A stretch of DNA of 64,000 bases from Paramecium tetraurelia (Eukaryota): assembly GCA_000165425.1 (NCBI GenBank), contig CT868669.1:124001-188000 (forward strand). The letters run 5' to 3'. The notes beneath the pieces are model-generated. The model saw only the letters and a list, made by a program, of their open reading frames with translations. It had not been told where the DNA came from and ran no database searches. The stretch's first letter is position 1. Every line of letters starts with the position of its first letter. The position numbers and the translations under genes were made by a program. Shown piece by piece: positions 1 to 13,591 of the stretch.

Positions 1-220
1 AGAAATATTTTTGTTTTGAAATATTTAATTTTTGCCTGAAACGTGGCAATTAATTTCACTTGATGAATTTTATCAATTTTATTTAAGTTCAAATGAAATC
101 AAATATTAATTAGAATTAATGCTCATTCAGAAAGTAAGTGATTTCAAATATTAAAAAAACAAAACTTTTGAATCTATAAGAGTGTGATTAAAAAATATAT
201 AGAAAAAGTTGCGCTGTTCA

Positions 221-1273
221 TCAAACTTCAATTGATGAATTAGTTTGCTATTCGTTTACTTGAACACTAGACACTAATTCATTTTTTATCTACTAGGGCT
301 GTAACTCAATTCCTGTTATTGAAGGTCTACAGCTCTCATCTCCGTCTACTATTTCCACTTCCACAGGCTCATCAGTTTTCTCATATAGAGCATCCAAGAC
401 TGCTGTTTTTTCCTTCTTCTTAAATTTGCTTTTCTTGAGAAATGAATCTTGCACCCAAAACTATAATAACCGGTTTTGATACGCAAAGAGCATTAAATAT
501 TAAAGGTATGATGACTAGTACAATAATAAGCTCGAGTTCTGGATATTAGTTTATAGGTTAAAACATCCATGATACAGCTGTCAATAAATATTCACCCAAG
601 AGTAATTAGAAGAAGTAGAGGATAATTTTGCTCTTGTTTATTGAGTGATAACTTACTACAACAACGATTAAAATCCACAGTGTTAATTAAAACATGTACA
701 CTCCATAAGCAACCTCAACTTTAGGCTTGGCCTTTTTGGTTTCGGTCAAATCGCCAGAACTTATCGAGTAGGTCGTGATATGTGGGTAGGATATAGTGTA
801 ATAATTGCCAGTTTGAAATTGCTACAAATATTGCTGGGATGCATACCGTCTAGCCTAACTTTTGAAATAGAGCTTCGAAGAGAGTGATCAATAAACAATT
901 AATTAGCATGCCCAGAGTGCAATCCAACATGTAAGTAATAAAATACCTGCCTTAAGAATATTATGTACCATTGACATTAATCGCCACTATCTGCAGAACT
1001 CAACAATAAAGCCAATCCAATATTTAAGAAGTGCTACACAACAGCACTAACAAACTATTTAGCAGTATCCTATATTATGTATTCTAAAATTACCATTAAA
1101 AATATTTTCCAAACTCTTTTTGGTTTTTCAATGTGCCTCTTAACTATTAGGATAAAATTGTATTAATTACAGACTAGGACTAAGAAGCAAAGGAATCCCA
1201 AAATAGATTACACCATTATTCCAAAACCTCCCAATAATTCACATCCCTACGCTTCAGGTTCCTCTGTTGACAT
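221..1273 (-). CDS. STIMATE/TMEM110 (YPL162C-like) multi-pass membrane protein, several short introns
   Basis: Code-6 translation MSTEEPEAQGCELLGGFGIMVQSILGFLCFLVLVFKRHIEKPKRVWKIFLMDTAKQFVSAVVQHFLNI...DQCQWY matches the family pattern KRxxExPxRxWxIxxxDxxKQ...HFxN...CxWY. Confidence 0.8.
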
Positions 1274-1710
1274 ACAGAATTATGTTTAATTAATAAATAA
1301 TATAAAAGAATATTAAGTAATTAGACAGTTACCGATTCAGTCAAACATCTAAGATACTTAATAGGAATACATTTTTATATATAAAAATATGAATTATTCT
1401 AAAAATTGTTGTTCAAGATTGTTATGATTAATTAAGACTTTGCAAAAACTAACCATTTATAAAAATTCAAATAATGAATCTATATTTAGTATTTCTGAAT
1501 TGTAATGTTCCTAAAAATAAATTATGGAAAATCTTATTTATTATTATCAATTACATTAAGAATGACATTACTAAGCAATAATTTATTTATCATACGATTA
1601 ATTAGGACTATTAACAGACTTCCTCATTATCATAATTGCTACTATTATGTAAAATGTAATTGATAATAATCATAATGCAAATGCAAATATATTAATTCAA
1701 GACATCAAGT

Positions 1711-2775
1711 TCAATTTAACTCGATATTTAAATCACTTATTAAGTTCTATTCATCTTCGATTAGCATATCACCATTGTTATCGATCATTCCAAATTACTA
1801 TATTTTTCGTCTTGGTTGAGGTGGAGAATCCGTAATATCTTCTGAAGATGATTCTCTTATTTATCTTCTAGGTGGTATGATGATATTTTCAGTTTCATCC
1901 ATCTCTTCTATTTGTATCTCTTCAAAAGGTTACACTTCCTCCACTTATTCTGGTGCTATGGGATTTGTCTTTTCAGAACTGATTTTGCCAGATTATTCTT
2001 TAAGAAGCAACATCAATCGAGCATTATTAATCTCCTAAATCTAATCCACTCCTCCGCTTGAAAATTCAATACAACTTTCAAATAGATCCAATCTTTCAGT
2101 ACTGCATTTGGTCGAACACATTCTACTGGATTTTCTCATTAAATTTGTTTCTTTTATCAATATGGAATTATACTTTCTCTTTTGAGTCTTCTCTACAAAA
2201 ACGATTCATCTTATCGCTTAAGATCCTCCTCTATCACTTTTTATGTTTAATCAGATGCTTTTTAATATCCACTTATTAGATGCTACAAATCATTCTAGCT
2301 GCATTCAATCTTGTCTTGTATTTCCATTGCAATCTTTGCCTTTGTCTAACGTTCTCTCTTTTTGTGTTCAACACCTATGGTTTACTTGATATTAGATAAT
2401 TTTTCATACCTTTGCTTTAGCACTTTCTTAACTGTTCTGAATATTGCTAGTCTCTTATATTATTAAACTCTATGTATGACTAGGCATCGATGGAGGCAAG
2501 TCTTAATTGGTTTTACGAATGCTCTTCAGGGCTCTTTGACAAGCAAACAACGATTACAGTTTCTCATTAAAATAATATCCAACTGGATCCTACAATCATT
2601 CAATTTTTTACTTGGATGCTGTCATAATGTTCGATTAACAAAGCATACAAATCAATCAATTTTTATATAACATCATATTTCTCTGATCCTTTGTGGTATC
2701 TTTCTTCAAAGTCAAGCAACTCCTGATAGATATCATCTACAAATATTATGTACAAATTTTACTCGTAATTGGCAT
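1711..2775 (-). CDS. Hypothetical coiled-coil protein
   Basis: MPITNDIYQELLDFEERYHKG...LIDLYALLIEHYDSIQDPVGYYFNEKLQ; two short GT-AG introns near the 5' end; ends ...NIELN-TGA. Confidence 0.6.
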
Positions 2776-3994
2776 TGTGAATTTATTTAATTAAATTAAT
2801 TTATTGACATCATCAAAATATTCGCCTACTTATTCTGATTTACATCTCGAATACTACCTCTTGTTTGAGTGAGAATTTAAGAAATTTAATTGATTAGATT
2901 GGAAATATTCAGTTTTTAAATGATAATCTTAATAATATTATTTAATCACATGTTAATTTAAATTATCTTGATCTGACTTAATAAATTATGTTTAGGCGTT
3001 TTAAAGATAATTTATATACAATTATAGAATAGTATTTAGCTATTCAGATCTATTTAATTATAAAGCATCTTTTAAAATTATTTATTTTATCGTCTGTTTT
3101 ATTTTGAATCTCATTATTTACAATTTTTTACTGTTTATTTTCTATTAAAACATAAGGTAATATTGAGATGTCATTATATTTATAAATCATAATGCAAATC
3201 TTTCATTTAGTTCTTAATAAATAATAAATAATCCTACTAGACTATATTTTTTTATCATTTTTGTTTAAGATTTTTCCTCTTTAATACCAAAATGCAATTA
3301 TAGAATTCTTTTAAGTATATATGGTATTTGCATATTAGATATATATCTTATCAATAGCTTACTTTAATATATAAATTGCAAGTAGTTTTGTCGTCACTAT
3401 ACATCCAAGATAATAGCAACATAACTAACATTAAATTTATCCAAATTATTATTTTATAACACATCATATGAGATAGATTCCTCATTAAAATTGATTTATG
3501 ATTATTAAATTATGGTATCATTAGCTAACCCCAATCGATTAATAAATACGATTCTCATAAAAACAGGTTATTAAAATCTTAAACATGAAACGCACTTCTT
3601 TTCAATTTAATTATCCTTGTTAATTTATAGTATTTATAATCAATTTCATTTTTGTAAATGAAAAATTCAATCAAATAATAACTGTTGATTCTAAATTAAA
3701 TTGATTTCCTTGAAAATACCTATTGCTCCATATGGATACAATATTATTGGATTATTCGACCTTATACGAATATAAAGATATGATAATCTCCATGTTCTTA
3801 TTATAAATAATAATTGAAATTACATTTCTATAAGACTTTATTCATAGAATAAAGTTGAAATTATAAACAAATGGTTTCAATTGAAGGTTTAAAAATATCT
3901 TTTAAAATGGGAGTAAGCAAAACAAGTAAAAGATTTTATGCGCTGTTTTTGCTTAGAGTTGTTATTTAAGATTTTATTTATAAATTAATTATAA

Positions 3995-5436
<1,442 letters not shown>

Positions 5437-5489
5437 TGTTTTATTTATTAAAATTTATAATATAAAATAGAAAATTTAAAAGATCTAAT

Positions 5490-6160
5490 CATTGTCATGC
5501 ATTAACTAAGGTAGGGAATTTATAAATACTATCAGCCAAAATAAATTCATTCAGGATTTCAATTAGCACATTTAAATACTCCTCTTTTTGAGATTGACTT
5601 TTGTCTTTCACAAAAATTCTAGTGATAATATTGATGTTTTACTTATTCTGTTTACAGTTTTACTTCGAAATCTTATGGCTTTTATAATGTACCTAATTAA
5701 ATAAAGCAAATACTCTTTTCCACTTTTATTCAATCTATTTGAATTTCTACTTACAAAGGGGACAGGTGTTCTCAATCTACATTTAATACATTCTTTACAT
5801 TGGACCATTATTGAATACAGGCTAAACAAAATGAGTGATTACAACTATCTAGTTGTCCCTTATAATAATGAACTCAATTTACTTATTAGTCTATTGTATT
5901 ATAACATATTCCACATTCTTCTGCTTTTGATTAAAATCTGGTCTGTCTTTCTTGTGGTTCTTTCATTATAGTTTGTTTTCTTTAATTATTAAATTATTAA
6001 TTAATGAAATTTTTTACATTAAACTAAATTTTAGGAAGCTGATATTCATTTTTGATACATAATTTACTTCTTTGAGCTTTTATATGGTCTTAATTTTATG
6101 ATTTCTATAAAGAGAATTTATTTCTTCACAGGAGATGAGTTGAGTTTTGAATCCAAGCAT
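5490..6160 (-). CDS. Possible hypothetical protein (boundaries uncertain)
   Basis: ATG at 6160 (MLGFKTQLISCEEINSLY...) and coding-like composition on the minus strand; exon structure not resolved. Confidence 0.35.
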
Positions 6161-6307
6161 TCTACCTGAACAATAGTTCTAAATTAATTTTATATTGTCA
6201 AAACAATTTCAATAATAAATTGAGAAATTCTAACAAAACTTATTGAAAATTTATTAAAGAATTGTTATTGAATTTATGAATAAGGTGAAAAATATTATAT
6301 AATTATA

Positions 6308-6670
6308 TCATATTGTAATTTTAGTTAAATCCCAACCCAATTTCTCTAAGATCTATATCTATTTTACTGCGGATTGCCTTCTTTTTCTGTAGTGATCTTA
6401 TTGATTCAACCAATCTAAATCTTGAAGTCTGTATGATCTGATGAGCTTCTTATTTTTATCGTAATGCAATATCTCCTCTTTTCCATCAGGCAATAACCAA
6501 CCATCAGGTTCACAATTAGAATTATAGTAGCAGCCTTATTAATCAACCCATCCTCCATACTCATCTAAAATATAGACTTGATCGTCAATTTCGAATCCCA
6601 AAAGTGTTCCATCTTGATCGAAGAAATCAGTGTATTTTTCAAAATACCAAGGCTTATGTGGCACAAACAT
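6308..6670 (-). CDS. Small hypothetical protein (~113 aa), one 22-nt intron
   Basis: MFVPHKPWYFEKYTDFFDQDGTLLGFEIDDQVYILDEYGGWVDQQGCYYNSNCEPDGW...; putative intron gtaaaatagatatagatcttag before the last exon. Confidence 0.65.
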
Positions 6671-6727
6671 TAATTAATAAAATAATTAATAAATATATGT
6701 TATTCATTGATTGTTTTAATATTAAAT

Positions 6728-8027
6728 TCATTAACTTGCAAGAACTGGATGCTCTTCTTCTTCAAATGATTGGAGTTGTGCAAATGAAAAGGTTATAGAT
6801 TCCATGCATTATTAGTTTGCAATGAAAGAAGTTCTCTGACCTTCATACTTTTCCTTATTAAAAAGATATAATCTCCTGGATACTGGTACTGTTAAAGATC
6901 TGATTGGTTTAGACCATCCATATCCTGGTAAATCTGGGATTCTGTCACAAACTGTGATTGAGTCTCCCTTGAAATTGCATTCAGAGAAGAGCTCTGCACA
7001 ATCAGGGTCAAAGATTTTGTAGGTGGTATCTGCAACAAAAATAGCAGCTTAATGGAAAACTCCATACATTTAGGTATCCCACCCTAAGGAAATAGCTGAA
7101 ATAAGTACATGTCACAAGATTGTATTACAATTTTGATTCAAGTACCACTTTATTGTATTACAATCTCATGTTTCTGGCTCTTTCAACATCATAACCTCTG
7201 AGGGTAACAATAGGAACTCTGGGACCACTCTACCATACTTTTGGTAATTCGATGGTTTGTTAGACTTCAGCTGCACTTGGTGCTCTTTTGACGAAGGGAT
7301 GACTTGAAGCGGGATCATTGTAGAATACATATGCAGGTGAGACCCACAAAGATTGATCAGTACCCAAAAGTACGTTGAATCTGACGAATTCCAATTAGGC
7401 TTACCAGTATGTTCTGGCTGAAGCAGTGACAGATTTTGGTGTTACTTATTCAACCTAAAATGCAAAACATAGATTACTTTGACTTCCACTATTGGATTTG
7501 TTAACAAGTGTTTACAACCAATCAAACCCACAATTGCATTTGTTGCATCTTTGAGATTGTGTTCAATTGTGTATGATACTTTTCTTTCCCCTTACCCAGT
7601 TTTCAATTCTTTGACATCTGTGGATTCGAATGTGACCACTTAAATTCTGGGATCGTAAATTGCATACCAATCAACAAATAAGGAATAAAGAGGAGAGGGA
7701 CCTACAGCAACACCACTCAATTTGAATCCTTTGGATTAATAATGTCACATTCTTACCAGTTGTTGTGATATCGCTAACTCTTTCCATAAAACCATGAGGC
7801 AAGCCAACACTCCAATCGAGTAATTATGCTGAAATAAACACCTGGGGAGGAATTTCAAAAGCTTTCTTGAACTTTACATCCACAACCACTTATCTTGGAA
7901 CTCCTGCTTGAGCTTCCAATATGTGACCGGCGGCATATTGCACTATGACCTATTGCGCTGCCTCAAATTGTGGTGTTCTATAACAGAACGCAAGTGATAG
8001 TATCGCTATCAGAACTGCTATCTTCAT
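6728..8027 (-). CDS. Secreted protein with tandem H-type-lectin-like domains and a C-terminal beta/gamma-crystallin domain
   Basis: Signal peptide MKIAVLIAILSLAFC; VKFKKAFEIPPQVFIS..LDW..DITTTGFKL..VDWYAI (H-lectin pattern); C-terminal ELFSECNFKG..IRSLTVP..LYLFNKENYEG (two Greek keys); 3 introns. Confidence 0.75.
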
Positions 8028-8239
8028 AAAATCCGTTTTTATATTATATAAATTATCTAATTCTCTTGTTCAGATATCAATTTAAATCAACTTTATAAGA
8101 ATCTCAATTACTCTTCTCACACACGCTCAGGAACTTCTACAAAAATACATTCTTTCCTTAAATTCATTATCTAAATTAAGAACGATTCTTTTTATCTAAT
8201 ATTAATATCTAAATCATTATTACATATATATTTCATAAA

Positions 8240-9417
8240 ATGAATGTATGTTCCAATTTCACATTGTCCTTGACAGGAGGTTTCTAAGAGTGTCGAAATT
8301 GCGGAAAAGAAAAAAAGTTTCATCGTCTTGACTTCGAAAGTAACAACATCGAGTACTTCCAAAAGGCTAGTAACAACAATGCTGGTAAATTGTCATCTAT
8401 ATTATCAAAAGCAAAATTCTAATAGGACAAACTTTAATAGATAGCTTCACAAAAGTAACTGGAAGAGGATGAATTCAGAGCCAAAGCCTGTTCCAACTTC
8501 ACATTGGCCCTTGTTGGATAATTTCAATAATGTGGCAATTGCAAAATAGAGAAAAAATATCATAAACTTGACACAGCTGGACAAATCGCCTATCAACCAA
8601 AATCACAACAAACCAAACCTGTCTAATAGACTCAACAACAAACAAAACTCACTGCAGTTGCTGGTATCACTCATTCTAATATTGTTATGTAGAAGTTGTC
8701 TAAGAAACTATGATGGTTTAATCCGTAAAAGACAGGATCAATTAAATGAATAAGAAAAATCAAGGCACCAACGAGCCTCAATTCAGACCTAGCATTAAAA
8801 AGGAAGAAGTTAAAGAGAAGGTTCTTGGATAAGCAGAAATAGTCACAGAATAAGTCTTCACTACTGTATCTGATAAAAAGAGTGTTTTTGACAAATAGAG
8901 AGTCAGAAAAACCATAGAGTAATCCACTTAACAAATTAGAGAATAATAGAACTCTGAAGGAATTAGAAAGGCAGAATCGTAATACATTACATCATAAGAC
9001 AATGCTCAAGAATAACAAGAATAGCTCATTCAGAATTAAAATCAATTCCAAGAGAATAATTAAGAAGGCTCTCAGGAAAATTAATAATAGGAATAATAAT
9101 TTGAAAATAATTAAGATTAATAATATTAACATTAAGTGGAGGAATAATAATAAGAAGAATAATAAGTAGAATAATAATAAGAATAATAAGTAGAATAATA
9201 AGAATAATAATAGGAATAATAATAAGAATAATAAGAAGAATCATAAGAATAATAATAAGAAGTTATATTATAACAATAAGAATAAGAAGAATCAAATAAT
9301 TAAAATGAATTGGTTGAATAATCCGAACAATAAAATGATTAATAAAATGAAGGACAATAAGATAATTAATAATAAGAAGAAGCTAATAATCAAGAAGAGG
9401 CTGCTGATATCTATTGA
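8240..9417 (+). CDS. Protein with two C-x13-C-x2-C-x6-H motifs and a Q/E-rich low-complexity tail
   Basis: MNVCSNFTLSLTGGFQECRNCGKEKKFH...ACSNFTLALVGQFQQCGNCKIEKKYH; 2 introns; ends EAADIY-TGA. Confidence 0.75.
9141..9300 (+). repeat. Coding low-complexity GAA/TAA repeat (E/Q-rich)
   Basis: Imperfect repeats of GAATAATAA(GTA/TAA)GAA, reading EQQQEEQQVE... in code 6. Confidence 0.8.
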
Positions 9418-9474
9418 GAAATATTAAAATATTAATAAATATTAATATACATATATTTAGATATTATATCTCTA

Positions 9475-10591
9475 ATGCTCTTTAGACAAAATGAAAAAGT
9501 TCCCAAAAAAGGAAAGGATAGCTTTCGTGAGTTCATGAAAAGAGAAAAAGATTCTTGCTAACAGACTTAAATGAAACTCTCAACATTTATCCATAAAACT
9601 GTTCCAAATGATTAAGTAAAATCTTAATTAAGGTATATCAACCATCATTCCTAAGTTCTGCTCCATACGCCTTAGATGGTTAATTGATCAGGTTGGGTAA
9701 TACATGGGATGCCAAACATTTAGGAATTTTTCTTTAAAAAATTTAATATGCTTCAACTAGTGAAAGCTCTCTCCTAATTACTGAACCAGTAGTAGTCTAA
9801 AATACCACTAAAAACTAAAGTTTTTTTTTCAGAAATTAAAAACCTCGAAATTCAGAAGATTATGTGGATTATTTACATTAACATACAATCAATCATTTAA
9901 TAAGTGATCATCCAACCCTAAAAAATGGAACCTAATTTTTGCAAAAGAAACTCCTATCTGTGCCTGATAAAACATTTGATGAGTCTAAACTAAATTACGA
10001 AACAGAGTCAAAATTGAAAAAACCAAAAGAATAATTTTAGGACATGTTGGTTGCTAAGGAAAATCAAAGGAAATTTCACCAATGGAGATCAGAATTTCAA
10101 GATGTTAATCGAGCATTCAAAAAGGCTAAACAATGTTTTAAAAGTGGATTGTATGCTTTAGATAATCCTTTAAATGATAACACAGAGCTCTATAAGGAAG
10201 AAAATGCTAAATTAAGAGGATAAGAAAAGCAAAGTCTGAGGAAATAATTGGAGAGATATAAATGTAAATATAAATCAATAACAAAGCACTTGAAAAATTT
10301 AATTCAAGCAATCCCTCCATTGAATTTTAGAATATAGCTCATAAACCATTAAGCTCTAAATAATCAGATCCCTTATTTACAAAAATAAACTTCCCTTCTC
10401 AAAACTTTGAGTTGCATGATAAATGGAAGATGAAAAAAATGATAGAATAAAATATTGATACTAAAAGTAGAATATTTGGAGAAAATTCTAAAAATAAGGC
10501 TAATCCTCACAGAACTGTCTTTTCGAGAGAACAAGATATTAGAGACAAATACTAAAATCCTGTACACCTAACATAAAGTTTAATTGGTTGA
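9475..10591 (+). CDS. Hypothetical protein
   Basis: MLFRQNEKVPKKGKDSFREFMKRE...; open in code 6 with probable short introns; ends QSLIG-TGA. Confidence 0.55.
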
Positions 10592-11132
10592 TATTCTTTA
10601 AATAACTTATAAATTAATTAGAATAAATTAATTTTTTTATCTCTTTTTAATTAAAGTTGAATATTTGTTTATTTTATAAGGAATATTAACTAAACCTAAA
10701 GAAGCAAAAAATCAATTTAATGTAGTTAATTATCAAAATTATATATACTTAAGCATTGGAGGATTAATCAGATTAGAATAGTATGTAAGTGAGAAGAGTA
10801 TACTATCAATAATTATTTTTTCAAACTAAATGTGATCTACAATATATATATTTTAAGAATGCTTTATTCAATAATAAATCGTAAGGAAATCTTCATCTTT
10901 ATCTAAATATAAAATCAATGAAATTTTAGATTTAAACTTAACTCCTAAACAAATTTCGTTAAATACATAAAAGTGATTTGCGTAAAGATTATTTAACAAT
11001 AAAAAATTTAAAGGGAAGTATTTTGATGTAATTTAATAGCCTACGATAATTAACTAAATAATTTGTCCTTCATATTATAATAAAATTTTTTTTAGCATTG
11101 TAAAATTATTATAATCACAATTTAATTATATT

Positions 11133-13185
11133 ATGTAAAGTCATGCAAAATAAGTGGTTGCATTAATCAATCAACTCCCCAAAAAAGATGAACTGAGATT
11201 CTTAGAGAAACAACCAGGAAACAAAAAATTTATTTCTGAAACCAATAAAGTATTTATCTCAGTCATTAATGGACTAAGATCTTTGGTTGGAGATGTTTAA
11301 GCAAATTCAACCACTATCCCATTTAAAGTATTCTCTCTTAAGTATGTAGTAAATAGAAGAAACATTAGATTAATTCTTAGAAAATGCAGCCATTTAATAT
11401 GATAGAATGAATAAATTAAGTTTAGCTCCAAAACAACCCCAAATATAAAAAACAAACTAACTCAAACCAAAGGATATTTATGGATTTGCTGATGCAATTT
11501 AGCTTAATAAATTACCTTTTATTCCTGTCTTAAAATACAAGCAGTATGCTTAGACAGAATTAGATTAAAAAATAGTAGAAGCCTAAAATAACCCATATTA
11601 ATTTTTTGAGAAATATGAGATAGATGAATTTGCTCATCCTTACTATGAAGAAATATTGAGATTGACACCCCAAGATTTTGTTCTTGATGTACCATCAAAA
11701 ATTAATAGATATAGAGATTTAGAACCACCAATGATGATTACTAATGCAGATCACTTAGGAGAACTCGTCCTTAAAATACAACAAGAAGTAGATTAAAATG
11801 GATTTAGCGAAATAGCTGTAGATTTAGAGCATAATCATTAAATTTCATATTTGGGAATCACTTGCTTGATTTAATTAAGCACTAGATCACAAGATTATAT
11901 AATAGATCCTTTTCCTTTATGGAAATAGCTAGGAGACATGTTGAGTGTTATTTTTGCAAATCCTAAAATAGTAAAGGTTTTCCATGGGGCTGAAAACGAT
12001 GTATAATGGCTATAAAGAGACTTTGGTTTATATATAGTAAATCTATTCGATACTTTCCACGCATCCAAAGAGTTACAACTTATGTAAAACTCGTTTTAGT
12101 TTTTGCTATCAGAATATTGTAAGAAGTCTACAGATAAAACTTATTAAACTGCTGATTGGACTTAAAGACCATTGCCTGATGAAATGATCAAGTATGCTTA
12201 GATAGATACTCATTATCTACTTTATATTTATGATAGAATGAGGTAGGATCTTAAAAAATTAAATAAACCAAATGATAATATAAGCAATATTCCAAATTAC
12301 TATCTCGAAGCTGTATTAAAAAGAAGTAAAGAGACAGCTCTCAAAATTTACAAGAAACCTTTGTAAGATTAAGATTAATCTTTGCAAACAATTCTTAATA
12401 AGTAAGATAGGCGAATGGAAGCAAAAAGTTTTGAATTAATGGTTCGATTATTAGAGTTAAGAGAAGAATTAGGAATTAAACATGATCAAAATCCTAGATA
12501 TTTTTTACCAAATCCATTTTTATTTAAAATAGTTGAATCTAAACCTACAACAATTTAAGAACTCAAAAGTCAATTAGGAGGTGATAAAAATATTCATGAG
12601 GTTGTAAAAGACAATCTCTGGTAATTCCTAAAAGTGCTACTGGAATTTGATGAGAAAATCCCAACTGTAAATATTATTCAGGAAGAATAATAGAACACAA
12701 CATAAATATAGAATGATGAGGTACAACCTAATTTCTAAGTTGAACCATTAAAAATTGTCCAGTTTTAAGTTAATATTAAGAAATTAAAAAATCAAAATAA
12801 ATGTATTGTGGAAAATAATTTAAAAAATGAAAATGTTGAATTAATAAAATCCCAATTTTATTGTGAATCGCCTTTTAAATTATTAAATGTTTTTTATGAG
12901 GGTCTAGGATCTTAAATCTTCCAATCTATGAAGGAATAAAGTTAGTAGTAGAAATAATTAATTGAAGAAACACAGCAATAAAAAATAGAAAAAATTAATA
13001 CATCAGATTTCATAAAACTTCCTAAACTAGATGAACCAAATCATGATTAAAAGAATGATTTAGATGTTAGATTAAATAATACACTATAAAATTAGCATGG
13101 GACAAAGATATTAAAAAGACACTAAAAAATAGAATAATAAAGAACTTAAAAATCTAATATTAGTAACAGATTTGAACTGTCATGA
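11133..13185 (+). CDS. RRP6: Exosome 3'-5' exonuclease Rrp6 (EXOSC10; RNase D/DEDD family with HRDC region)
   Basis: HPYYEEI, EIAVDLEHNHQISYLGITCLIQLSTR, KVFHGAENDVQWLQRDFGLYIVNLFDT, YQTADWTQRPLPDEMIKYAQIDTHYLLYIYD. Confidence 0.93.
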
Positions 13186-13591
13186 TAATAATCTATGTAT
13201 TTAAATTCATAAATTAATTTTTAATTAATCTAATAAGAGTTAAAATCAATAAATTCAATTCTCTGATTAGGATTCATGATAAGTATACTTTTTGATCATA
13301 ATTATAATATTCTTAAACTAGTAATTAAGTCGAAAATATCTTTAAATCTAGTCAATTATTTCAAATTTAAGTTTTATCATTATAAATAGAAATTGATATC
13401 ATCTTAATATAATTATAATTATTAGTTCATTCACTTAGATTTTTGGATGTATTTTAAACAAAAATAAAATAAATATAAATTCTCAATTGGAGTAGAGACT
13501 TATAAATTTGTTTATATAATTCTGTTTATCTTTCTAATTTTTAATACATATTGCAATCTTCATTAAAAATGAAATAATAAAAATAACAAAA

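Noticed and set aside
2800..3990. Unusually long AT-rich intergenic region (candidate IES, transposon or ncRNA)
   Set aside because: No terminal inverted repeats, transposase motif or RNA structure could be discerned by eye.
6328..6342. CCCAACCCAAA, telomere-like sequence
   Set aside because: Only about two imperfect units, and it encodes LGWD in the last exon of a gene.
9026..9244. Ile/Leu-rich 'membrane' ORF (also 20299-20514)
   Set aside because: Antisense shadow of TAA/GAA-rich coding repeats.
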